Shown here in pieces: positions 15,343 to 23,339 of a DNA stretch of 24,000 bases. This stretch comes from an uncultured Nitrososphaerota archaeon (GTDB lineage Archaea; Thermoproteota; Nitrososphaeria; Conexivisphaerales; DTJL01): positions 239,429-263,428 of the forward strand of contig CAWJIE010000004.1 in assembly GCA_963842885.1 (NCBI GenBank), read 5' to 3'. Below the pieces are notes generated by a model. The model saw nothing but the letters and a program-made list of their open reading frames with translations. It made no database searches and was not told where the DNA came from. The position numbers and the translations under genes are program-made. Every line of letters begins with the position of its first letter. The stretch's first letter is position 1.

Positions 15343-15609
15343 AGACCAAGGGCAGGGGAAGGCCGGGTCCTTCCAAGTCCGACAAATAGGACTCGAACCC
15401 AATTCGGTACGAACCCCTTCGGGCCCACCACTCGGATCCCAATCCTGAATCAGAGTTAGTTCCTATCCTCCTGACGCCAGTCAAATCCCCATTTCTGCTG
15501 GGGGGTTCTTGCTTGGCCTCTCGGTCGACATCGGAGCCAGTTATGCAACCTTTTCATCTATGCTGATTGAGTCTAATGAATAGAAGGGAAAACTCGTCAG
15601 AACAGGGGC

Positions 15610-15843
15610 CTACTCTTCGACCACTATCATCGTCAGAGTGGAGCGTACCTTCTCCAGTCGCCTTATGTGCCAGGTGATGGTCTCCTTGACCTTCTCCATC
15701 GTGTCGGCTTCGACCTTCAAGATGAGATCGTACACACCGTACACCACGTAGACCTCCGTGACGTTTGTTATCTTCTTCACTTCGGCGACGAGCTCCTCCT
15801 CCGCGCCCAAATCGGCGTTAATCAGGACGAAAGCCTTTGGCAA
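15610..15843 (-). CDS. Stand-alone Lrp/AsnC-type ligand-binding (RAM) domain protein, no DNA-binding domain
   Basis: A 77-aa protein, AFVLINADLGAEEELVAEVKKITNVTEVYVVYGVYDLILKVEADTMEKVKETI..IRRLEKVRSTLTMIV. It shows the beta-alpha-beta-beta-alpha-beta RAM pattern of archaeal stand-alone RAM-domain proteins. Confidence 0.8.
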   Translation of the reverse strand: MPKAFVLINADLGAEEELVAEVKKITNVTEVYVVYGVYDLILKVEADTMEKVKETITWHIRRLEKVRSTLTMIVVEE

Positions 15844-15906
15844 TACTATCTGCCTAGCAGATTAATAGAAGGTGATTTTAAGCATTTGGGAGAATCGCAG
15901 AGAAAA

Positions 15907-16450
15907 ATGAGCGATGAAGAGCCGGGAAAAGCTAAACTGTTCGTGCTACACCTGCGGCAGGACGATCCCTCCAAGTGCACGGCGTCGAAGCTCAGGCGCC
16001 TGGGCAAGGTAGGCTTCCTCTCCAGGCACAGCCAACGCGGGCTGCTGCTCGACCCGTACTGCGATACCTCCATTTCCCGCACCGACAGGGAGACGGTGCT
16101 CTCGGAAGGCCTCACGGCGATCGACGCCAGCTGGAAGAAGGCCGTCGAATCGTTCAAAGGCATCAGATGGAGGAGGCGATCGTCGGCGGGCGCTCCCCTA
16201 TCTCGTCGCGGCTAACCCGACCAACTACGGCATCCCGGTGAACCTCTCGACCGCCGAAGCGCTGGCCGCGGGGCTCTTCATCGTGGGGCTCGGCGAACAG
16301 GCGGAGGAGGTCATGGGCTCTTTCAGGTGGGGTCACTCCTTCTTCGAGCTCAACCTGAAGTACCTGGAGGCGTACCGCAGGGCCGATTCCAGCTCCGGCG
16401 TCGTCGAAGCCCAGCGGGCATTCATGAGGGAGCTGGGCTTTGCAGTCTAA
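15907..16450 (+). pseudogene. tsr3: 16S rRNA aminocarboxypropyltransferase Tsr3 (DUF367), reading frame disrupted around 16160-16195
   Basis: Frame 1 from the ATG at 15907 gives KLFVLHLRQDDPSKCTASKLRRLG...LLLDPY...AIDASWKKAVESFKGIR. The conserved continuation RRALPYLVAANPTNYGIPVNLSTAEALAAGLFIVG...FRWGHSFFELNLKYLEAYR is in frame 2 and ends at 16450. Skipping one nt near 16168 gives FKGIRGGGDRRRALPYL, which matches the family spacing. Confidence 0.85.
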
Positions 16451-16461
16451 CCTTTAAATCG

Positions 16462-16866
16462 TGGGGAACGTCGGAGCTAGCCCGAGGATGTGAGCTGGTG
16501 GGCAGGTTCGGGGCGAATAGCCCTGAGGAAGCTCCTCCCTCCGTGCAGGAGACGCGGCGTTGAGAGACGCAGCGGGAGACCGCTGGCTCTGGAACAGAAA
16601 CGACACCCGCGCCGGGAATGCTATGAAGGCAGAGATGCCGGAGAAGTCCCGGATGAGGGATGAAACGGCCACCCCGCGTGGAGCAAGGTCAAATGGGGCT
16701 GATGACATGCTCACTGCTGGAAGCCCGGGTAGACCACTAAGCTGAATCCCGCCTAGAACAGAAGGAGGGCTATGGCCAGGAAACATCCTCACTTCAAACC
16801 CCCACTGATGATTAGGAAGGGAGCGGCGGTCGTTATACTGCCTGCTGAGCTTTCTGACGACCATCG
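16462..16866 (+). ncRNA. rnpB: RNase P RNA (archaeal type), ends approximate
   Basis: CR-I-like GAGGAAGCUCCUCC (16525-16538) pairs with a CR-V-like ACAGAAGGAGGGCUAU (16758-16773) to form P4 (UCCUCC/GGAGGG plus AAG/CU). AGGGAUGAAACGGCC and GAGCAAGGUCAAAUGGGG resemble the conserved AGGGUGAAACGG and GCAAGGCCAAAUAGGGG elements. P1 can form between GUCGGAGCU (16470-16478) and AGCUUUCUGAC (16848-16858). The only long ORF here (16454..16864, minus) is not protein-like. Confidence 0.85.
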
Positions 16867-16873
16867 CTCTATT

Positions 16874-17887
16874 TCATATCATCCGAACGGCGGCGAGTGA
16901 CCTTACGGCCTGAACTTCGCCGTTGAGGAGGGCCTTTGGCAGCCTCCCGCTCAGCACGTCGATGATGTTCTGCGCGGCGAATATCGCCATCCTGTCTCTG
17001 GTCTCCACCGTGGCGCTGGCCGCGTGTGGAAGGAGGACGACGTTGTCAAGCCCCAAGAGAGGCGAGTCCTTGGGAAGGGGCTCCGTCTCGAAGACGTCGA
17101 GGCCGGCTCCGGCAATCCGCCTCTCCTTCAGCGCGGCGGCCAGGGCCGATTCGTCGATGACGGTCCCCCTGCTAGTGTTCACCAGTATCGCCGTCCTGCG
17201 CATGAGAGAGAGCTCCCTTTCACCGATCATGCCGCGAGTCGTGTCATTCAGGGATAGGCTGACCGACACGTAGTCGGATTCTGACAGCAGCCTGTGCAGG
17301 TCGGCGTGCTCCGCCCCCAGCTCGGCTTCTAGGGCGGACTTCCTGTCCCGGCTGAAGTAGAGTATCTTCATGCCGAACCCCTTCCCCCTTCTCGCCACCT
17401 CTGCCCCAATGCGACCGAAGCCCACTACGCCCAGGGTCTTGTCATGGAAGTCATGGCCTATCATGAAGCTCAGGTCGCTGTCGGGCCCCCACAGCCCCTC
17501 GCGAACGTATCTGTCGCCCATGACGATGTGCCTTGACGTCGCCAGTAGGAGCCCCCAGGCGATGTCTGCTACGGCGCCGGACAGGACGTCAGGAGTATGT
17601 GTGACATAGATTCCCCTGCGAGTGGCCTCGGCCACGTCGATATGGTCGAAGCCTACGCTGTAGGTGGAGACGACGCGGAGCCTCTCCGCTCGGCCGAATA
17701 GCTCGGCGTCTATGCGATCGTGCGGCGAACAGAGGAGGGCGTCGGCGCCATCTATCTTCTCGAGGAGCTCGGCTCGCCCCATCCTGAGCGCATTCTCTGA
17801 TATGGTCGGGCGCTCGCCTAGAGCTCCCTCCAGCTTGTCCAACCCAGGCGCGGGAAGCCTGTAGGTCGAAAGTACTCGCGGCCTCAC
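16874..17887 (-). CDS. gyaR: D-2-hydroxyacid dehydrogenase, glyoxylate/hydroxypyruvate reductase type
   Basis: Close in layout to archaeal GyaR: RVVSTYSVGFDHIDVAEATRRGIYVTHTPDVLS, NAD-binding GVVGFGRIGAEVARR, ILVNTSRG, GAGLDVFETEP and catalytic PHAASAT. GTG start. Confidence 0.88.
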   Translation of the reverse strand: MRPRVLSTYRLPAPGLDKLEGALGERPTISENALRMGRAELLEKIDGADALLCSPHDRIDAELFGRAERLRVVSTYSVGFDHIDVAEATRRGIYVTHTPDVLSGAVADIAWGLLLATSRHIVMGDRYVREGLWGPDSDLSFMIGHDFHDKTLGVVGFGRIGAEVARRGKGFGMKILYFSRDRKSALEAELGAEHADLHRLLSESDYVSVSLSLNDTTRGMIGERELSLMRRTAILVNTSRGTVIDESALAAALKERRIAGAGLDVFETEPLPKDSPLLGLDNVVLLPHAASATVETRDRMAIFAAQNIIDVLSGRLPKALLNGEVQAVRSLAAVRMI

Positions 17888-17952
17888 GGCGGCAAGTTGC
17901 GACGCGTTTCCATTAAAGAGTTTGGCAGGGTTTGTTGAGCGGAGAACTGGCG

Positions 17953-18561
17953 TCAGCGCGTTTCCGTAGGGGAGGCTCTGTAGCCCATGTCGAACGCCTT
18001 CAAGTTGGGGGCCAGGGTTCTTTCAGGAACCAGCATCTTCAACGCCTCGCCGTATTCCGATGGCTTGATGAGCTCCTTCGTGATCCCTGCGAAGAAACCC
18101 AGGAGGACGGCGTTCTGGTAGAGAGACCTCCCAGCTGCCGAAGCCATCCCCGCGGCGTCGAGGAAGAAGGCCTTCTTGCAGATAGCGGATATGGAGGACC
18201 TTATCTCGGCCGGTGGAGGGTATTTCGCCTTCCCGCTGAACACGGTCACAGGCGGGACCTGGAGCGTGCTGACGACGAGGGTTGTCTTATCTCCAGCGTA
18301 GACGGATGACCTCAGCCCTTCGAGGAGCTCCATGGAGATGATGTAATCAGCCCTCCCAAGGTCTATCAGAGGGGAGTGCACCTCCTTGCCGAAGCGGACG
18401 AAGGAGACCAGTGAGCCTCCTCTTTGGCTGAGGCCGTGGGTCTCGGTCACCCGAACGTCCAATCCAGACAGCATGGCCGCGTTCCCTAGGATTTCTGACG
18501 TAAGCAGCACGCCTTGGCCGCCCACACCTGAAACGACGATGGAAACAGGCCTTCCCTCCAT
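17953..18561 (-). CDS. iorB: Indolepyruvate:ferredoxin oxidoreductase beta subunit
   Basis: IVVSGVGGQGVLLTSEILGNAAMLSGLDVRVTETHGLSQRGGSLVSFVRFG is the gamma-domain signature of 2-oxoacid:ferredoxin oxidoreductases. 202 aa, starting 3 nt after the iorA stop. Confidence 0.9.
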   Translation of the reverse strand: MEGRPVSIVVSGVGGQGVLLTSEILGNAAMLSGLDVRVTETHGLSQRGGSLVSFVRFGKEVHSPLIDLGRADYIISMELLEGLRSSVYAGDKTTLVVSTLQVPPVTVFSGKAKYPPPAEIRSSISAICKKAFFLDAAGMASAAGRSLYQNAVLLGFFAGITKELIKPSEYGEALKMLVPERTLAPNLKAFDMGYRASPTETR

Positions 18562-18564
18562 CTG

Positions 18565-20445
18565 CTATGCGACTCCCTGGATTATCGCACCGTAGGGGCA
18601 GACCTCGGCGCAGAAGCCGCAGCCCGTGCATGCGGCTGAGTCGATGGCCACCTTCGCCAACATCCCTCCCTCCTCTGTCATTGCTGGGATCAGCGCGGGG
18701 CAGCTCGCTAGCACGAGACAGGCGTTGCAGTTGTTGCAGTTCTCGGCGATGACGGCGTATGGAGCGGCCTTCCTTCCAAACGCCTTCAACTGTTGGCTTG
18801 TCAGGAGGGCGCAGGGCTGGCGGAGGATCATCACGGAGACCCCTCTCTCGTCCAGCATCTCCCGAATCTCCCTCTTCGATGCCTTAACCTGCAGAGGATC
18901 AAGGACCCGCAGGCTCTTGACGCCGCATGCCTTCACAAGCTCCTCTATGGAGACCCTCTCCGTTTCATGGAACTGAGAGTCGAGGCCGCTGGAAGGGTTG
19001 GGCTGAAGGCCGGTCATCGCGGTGATGTAGTTGTCAAGGATGATCAGGGCTAGGTCGTGCTTGTTCCACACCGCGTTTATGAGCGCTGGGATTCCGGCGT
19101 GGAGGAACGTGGAGTCGCCGATGACGGCGAGGGGCTTCAGCTTCGCTCCAATGGCAAAGCCCCCGGCTGCGCCAATGCTGAACCCCATGTCCAGCAGCAC
19201 GTCGCCGACGTCGGTGGGAGACAGAGCGCCCATGCCGTAGCAACCTATGTCGGACACGACTACCCGGTTCTTACCGGCCAGCGTCTTGATGAGATACATG
19301 GAGGCACGATGAGGACATCCCGCGCAGAAGACCGGGGGTCGAGCTGGGCCCGCTGGGACTGGCCGGCTGACCTTCTTCGCCTGGGGCACGCCTACCAGCG
19401 TAGCCATGGCCGAACGTACGTCGACCGGCATCAATTCGCCCACCGAGGGAATACCCGCCTCCTTCCCCAGGATAACCGTCTTGAGGCCGTTTTCGTAGGC
19501 AAGGCACTTGATCCGTGTCTCGAATATTGGGTCCAGCTCCTCCACGACAAGCACCCTCTTATGGGCCGAAAGGAACCTCACTATCGCTTCCTCGGGGAGC
19601 GGGTTGACCATGAGCATCTTCAGCACGTCTGGCTGCATCGGGCCTGGGAGCTCGGCGTCGAGGACATGCGTCGAAGCGGAACCGGCACAGATGACGCCGT
19701 TCTCAGAACCCCTGTCGATGAGCTTGACGAATTCTGGAGAGCAGCTGACAGCCTTGCACTTCTCCATCTTCTCAAGAAGGACTTCGTGAGCCCTCACAGG
19801 GTAGGGCGGTATGGCCGTGTACCTCCCTTTCTCCTTGACGAACTCCCTCCTCGAAGGAGGCTCCCGCAGGTCTCCCAATACGACTGGTCCTCTGACATGG
19901 CTGACGCGGATGTCCAGCCTGACGAGGACGGGCAGCTCCAAGGATTCGGATATTTCGGCTGCCTTCAGCATGCATTCCTTGACCTCCTGGGGGTCTGATG
20001 GCTGCAGCATTGGCAGGTTGGCGAAATAGCCGTAGTTGCGAGTGTCTTGCTCGTTCTGGCTACTGTATGCGGCAGGGTCATCGGCCACGACGATGACCAA
20101 GGCCGACTTGGGGGCGAAGTACGGCAGGGCCATGAAGGTATCGGAGGCCACGTTGAGGCCGACGTGCTTCATTGCGGTGATCGCTCTGAGGCCGTTCATG
20201 GCAGCGCCGGCGGCCGTGTCGATTGCGACCTTCTCGTTGACCGAGTACTCGGCGTGTATGCCGACGACCCTAGAAACCTCTGCGGCTACGTCCAAGACTT
20301 CGGAAGCAGGCGTGCCGGGATACGATGTGAAGACAGTGAAGCCGGCCTCAAGACCGCCTCGCACCACGGCCTCGTTTCCCAGGAGCAGGAATCTCTGGCC
20401 TCTGGCTCCGTTTGAAATGACTGATGTGTCAACCAACCAGCTCAC
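18565..20445 (-). CDS. iorA: Indolepyruvate:ferredoxin oxidoreductase alpha subunit (TPP-binding, two [4Fe-4S] motifs)
   Basis: N-terminal LLLGNEAVVRGGLEAGFTVFTSYPGTPASEV. TPP region GDSTFLHAGIPALINAVWN. C-terminal CNNCNACLVLASCP and CTGCGFCAEVCP ferredoxin motifs. GTG start with a TATA-like gaattaaaga ~27 nt upstream. Confidence 0.92.
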   Translation of the reverse strand: MSWLVDTSVISNGARGQRFLLLGNEAVVRGGLEAGFTVFTSYPGTPASEVLDVAAEVSRVVGIHAEYSVNEKVAIDTAAGAAMNGLRAITAMKHVGLNVASDTFMALPYFAPKSALVIVVADDPAAYSSQNEQDTRNYGYFANLPMLQPSDPQEVKECMLKAAEISESLELPVLVRLDIRVSHVRGPVVLGDLREPPSRREFVKEKGRYTAIPPYPVRAHEVLLEKMEKCKAVSCSPEFVKLIDRGSENGVICAGSASTHVLDAELPGPMQPDVLKMLMVNPLPEEAIVRFLSAHKRVLVVEELDPIFETRIKCLAYENGLKTVILGKEAGIPSVGELMPVDVRSAMATLVGVPQAKKVSRPVPAGPARPPVFCAGCPHRASMYLIKTLAGKNRVVVSDIGCYGMGALSPTDVGDVLLDMGFSIGAAGGFAIGAKLKPLAVIGDSTFLHAGIPALINAVWNKHDLALIILDNYITAMTGLQPNPSSGLDSQFHETERVSIEELVKACGVKSLRVLDPLQVKASKREIREMLDERGVSVMILRQPCALLTSQQLKAFGRKAAPYAVIAENCNNCNACLVLASCPALIPAMTEEGGMLAKVAIDSAACTGCGFCAEVCPYGAIIQGVA

Positions 20446-20775
20446 ACCAGCCCGCCAGGGTCTGTTGCATCTTTAATTCACAACTTCTTAGCTATTAAGC
20501 TGCATAAAAGAGTTCTTATCGGCTCGTCTCTGGCGATTAGGGCCGCCGATGAAAACGGACTGTCCGCGGAGGTTGGTGATAGAACGGGAGCGACCAGCCA
20601 AGGGAAGTCTGGTTTCACTGCCTAGTGACAGATGCTAGTCCTTTGGGTCCAGAGTCCAGTCATTCAACCACCCCCTCGGGCGAGGTTGCCAATCCGGACC
20701 TAGTCAGGGTGATGCAACCGTTAAATCGTGCGCTTCCAGATTCATGTGCGCGGTTGCTGACTCGGTGGAACAACA

Positions 20776-21258
20776 ATGACCAAAGTAGATGACGAAATAG
20801 AAGAAATGACTCAAACGATCCTGTCGGAGCTTGAAACGAAGAGTTCTTGGGATTTGTCAGAGAGCCTTCACGCGAAGAAGGCCTTGCTCCTGTGCGACCT
20901 TGATCACACAAGAGGGGTCTTGTTGGAGATGCGAAACGCTTCACCCGGAGAGAGGAGCGAGATCGAAAAGGGAGCAATCATAAAGGCGCTGCTGTATTCA
21001 ACGTGGTTGCAAAGACTCTACTTCGTAATAAGATCCGCCATCATGGGCCTCATAGGCGCGGTGATAACGCTCTCTGCCGTGGCGTTTCTTGGCAGAGTGG
21101 ACGCCTATGAGGTATTGGCTCTGGGCACCCTCTCATTCGCCCTTTCCCTGATCATATCGAGGCTCTTCGACGCGCAAGTAATGGGAATCACGAAGGGCAT
21201 CGTCAGATATCTGGCCAATCATGAGAGAATTAGGGATATCGTGATGGATCACGTCTAG
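20776..21258 (+). CDS. Hypothetical protein with an acidic N-terminal region and two predicted transmembrane helices
   Basis: 160-aa ORF. Hydrophobic segments AIMGLIGAVITLSAVAFLG and VLALGTLSFALSLIISRLF. No family recognised. A 6-bp-stem hairpin (CCGCAT..ATGCGG, 21259-21282) follows the stop. Confidence 0.5.
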   Translation: MTKVDDEIEEMTQTILSELETKSSWDLSESLHAKKALLLCDLDHTRGVLLEMRNASPGERSEIEKGAIIKALLYSTWLQRLYFVIRSAIMGLIGAVITLSAVAFLGRVDAYEVLALGTLSFALSLIISRLFDAQVMGITKGIVRYLANHERIRDIVMDHV

Positions 21259-21411
21259 CCGCATGGTATGGAACAGATGCGGTGTTCCCCACTGGTTCGA
21301 GCACGCAAGTGTCTAGGCTTTCGGCTTCGTTCAGACCATGCTCCGTCCTGTCTTGGGTTCAGATGGGACGTCCTTGACCGCAGAGGGACGTGCGCGTTAC
21401 TCATGAGCGCA

Positions 21412-21855
21412 TTATAAGTATACGTTCACGACGTACGACACGATGTAGAGCGGAATCACGACGTAAATCCACTCGTGGCCGACGATGGCTTTCTTGAGAC
21501 CCGTCCGCAGACCATCGCCCAGGAAATCGATGGCAACGCAAACTGCGACTATCGGCACCAAGAGGCCTACCCTGTACCAGACCATATTCCCTATCAGCTG
21601 AACATTACCCGTCAAAAGGAGAACCGCCATGATGACGTAACAGACGGGGATTATCAGATAGATCCAGAAGTGATGTATCCTATGCCCACTGAAGAAAAAC
21701 GGCCTGGCGTATCCCTTCCGATACATCATGTTGGCGATCTTGTCAATTGCTATGCAAGCTGCAACGACTACCAGAAACCCAACCACGACCCCCACGTGGA
21801 AGATTCTAGTTGCCACGTAGGCTGGAGTCGAGGCGTCTCCGAACCGAATCCCCAT
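21412..21855 (-). CDS. Hypothetical integral membrane protein (about 4 TM helices)
   Basis: 147-aa ORF with four long hydrophobic stretches and a His-rich loop, GHRIHHFW. No family recognised. Confidence 0.55.
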   Translation of the reverse strand: MGIRFGDASTPAYVATRIFHVGVVVGFLVVVAACIAIDKIANMMYRKGYARPFFFSGHRIHHFWIYLIIPVCYVIMAVLLLTGNVQLIGNMVWYRVGLLVPIVAVCVAIDFLGDGLRTGLKKAIVGHEWIYVVIPLYIVSYVVNVYL

Positions 21856-22154
21856 GCATGTTGCCTATGACGAGCTAACATAATAATCTCTTCCTCTGGC
21901 GTCGTCCAACATCATCAGATGCAAAGAAAACTAGGTCGGGTCTACGTTGCGACCGAGAAGGCAGTCCCGACGCACGCAATCATAGGCCGACTTGGCTATT
22001 GACCTGTCGGTCCGTAGAGCGATTTCTAGGCATCCGGGAGGTCCCCAATTGGCTGGAGAATCGTCTCGTTGATTTGAAAACAACTTCACTTTCCTATTGG
22101 AAAGGAAATGTCTAAATACCATCCGCCTGATGCTTGTCAGACGTGGGATACTAG

Positions 22155-22463
22155 ATGGAGTATGTCTACGCTGCTCTCATACTTCACAGACTCGGAAAGA
22201 AAGTGGACGAAGAGAGCATAAAGAAGATAATCACCGCTGCGGGTGTTCAGCCTGACGAAATCAAGGTGAAGGCCCTCGTAGCGGCCCTCGGCGAAATCAA
22301 TATCGATGAGGCGCTGAAGTCCGCAGTGGCCATGCCGGCCCAGCAACAGGCTGCTCCGGCCGCGGCTGCCGCCCCGGCGAAGAAGGAAGAGAAGAAAGAG
22401 GAAAAGAAGGAAGAGAAGAAGGAAGAAGAGGCCCTGGAAGGCCTAGCCGCCCTCTTCGGTTAA
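22155..22463 (+). CDS. rpl12: Large-subunit ribosomal stalk protein P1 (archaeal L12e/aP1)
   Basis: [48 protein letters not shown] is followed by an Ala/Pro hinge, an [10 protein letters not shown] acidic repeat and the conserved C-terminal LEGLAALFG. Confidence 0.93.
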   Translation: MEYVYAALILHRLGKKVDEESIKKIITAAGVQPDEIKVKALVAALGEINIDEALKSAVAMPAQQQAAPAAAAAPAKKEEKKEEKKEEKKEEEALEGLAALFG

Positions 22464-22487
22464 TCGGACCTCCGTCTTCGGATACGA

Positions 22488-22507
22488 TTCGTTTCTGTTT
22501 CATTTTG
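22488..22507 (+). terminator. T-rich tract downstream of rpl12
   Basis: ttcgtttctgtttcattttgt begins ~25 nt after the stop and is preceded by a small CCG-TCTT-CGG hairpin. Oligo-T tracts are archaeal termination signals. It lies in the convergent gap with the ABC permease. Confidence 0.25.
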
Positions 22508-22565
22508 TCACTGTCAGCGTCAGCTTGGGAGAGGCTCTCCTCAAACTGGGGCTCCGACCGCGAGT

Positions 22566-23339
22566 CTATTCTATGATTCTTCGTATGGACACAGAAGCCA
22601 CGCCCAGGAACAGGAGCGTGAAGCCGCCAAGCACGGCGGCATCTAGGGGAAGTTTAGAGTAGTTGCCGGTCAGAATCATAGCCCTTACGGCGTCCACGAC
22701 GTAGCTCAGCGGATTGAAGACCGAAACCTTCTGCAGCCAGGCGGGCATCAGGGAAATTGGATAGATGGCGTCGCTGGCGAAGAAGAGCGGCATAGTGATC
22801 GCCTGACCGATGCCCATCATGCGGTCACGCGTCTTCAGGAACGATGCCAGTACCATCGAGAGGGCGGAGAAGCACATTGCGAAAACGATGATCACTACGA
22901 ATACACCGAGGACGTCAAGTATGTCGAACCTCAGGTTTACCCCTATTATCAATGCCAGGGCGAAGATCATGATCGCTTGGAAGATGCCTCTGACGCTTGC
23001 GGCTAGGGCCTTCCCCACGATGATGGAGGACCTTGGTGAAGGCGTGGAGAGGAGTTTGTTCAGAATGCCGACATCTCTCTCCCAGACGACTGTGATTCCG
23101 TAGAAGATGGCTACGAAAAGCACCGACTGCGCCAGGACCCCCGGCGTTAAGAACTGGAGGTAGGTGTACCCCCCCGTGTCTATCCCGCGAATAGAGGTGA
23201 ACACTTCGCCGAAGACTAAGAGCCAGAGGGCCGGCTGAACCAGCCTGGTCCACAGCTCGGTCGAATCATGGCGGATCTTCCTTGCTTCCATCTCAGCCAC
23301 GGTCAGAGAGCTGGAGACGAAGCGGCTGATGGGGTTCAT
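22566..23339 (-). CDS. ABC-2 type transporter permease (DrrB/NodJ-like exporter)
   Basis: 257 aa with six hydrophobic segments. The N-terminal cytoplasmic EARKIRHDSTELWTRLVQPALWLLVFG is typical of ABC-2 permeases. Its ATG overlaps the upstream ATPase stop (TAATG at 23337-23341), suggesting translational coupling. Confidence 0.88.
   Translation of the reverse strand: MNPISRFVSSSLTVAEMEARKIRHDSTELWTRLVQPALWLLVFGEVFTSIRGIDTGGYTYLQFLTPGVLAQSVLFVAIFYGITVVWERDVGILNKLLSTPSPRSSIIVGKALAASVRGIFQAIMIFALALIIGVNLRFDILDVLGVFVVIIVFAMCFSALSMVLASFLKTRDRMMGIGQAITMPLFFASDAIYPISLMPAWLQKVSVFNPLSYVVDAVRAMILTGNYSKLPLDAAVLGGFTLLFLGVASVSIRRIIE

Noticed and set aside
15380-15430. A tRNA gene, or a tRNA 3' fragment marking an integrated element (att site)
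   Set aside because: Neither strand gives a complete cloverleaf: acceptor pairing fails at 2 of 7 positions, the T stem is weak, and there is no proper D arm. No integrase or other mobile-element gene is nearby. It is retained only as an unexplained structured region.
15136-15459. 107-aa plus-strand ORF (and the 62-66-aa ORFs around it) across the palindrome array
   Set aside because: The translation is dominated by Arg, Cys, Thr and Pro generated by the GTGTCGACAC repeats themselves. No start context or family similarity is present.
14769-15609. A protein-coding gene hidden by further frameshifts in the 840-bp gap
   Set aside because: I translated the stretches I could in all frames and saw no family-like peptide segments on either strand. 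This contrasts with the three disrupted genes, where both halves are clearly recognisable.
16454-16864. 136-aa minus-strand ORF between tsr3 and gyaR
   Set aside because: The region carries the conserved RNase P RNA elements on the plus strand, and the ORF translation is Pro/Ser/Ala-rich with no domain signature.
19057-19998. 313-aa plus-strand ORF antisense to iorA
   Set aside because: It is a shadow ORF inside a strongly supported iorA gene, with an Arg/His/Asp-rich sequence that does not look like a globular protein.
20520-20775. SRP (7S) RNA in the long gap upstream of the 160-aa membrane protein gene
   Set aside because: I searched both strands for the helix-8 signature (GGUCCGGAAGG-AGCAGC-like with a GNAR loop). 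The closest match was only an approximate GGUCCGGAUUGGCAAC that cannot form the required pairing, so no call was made.
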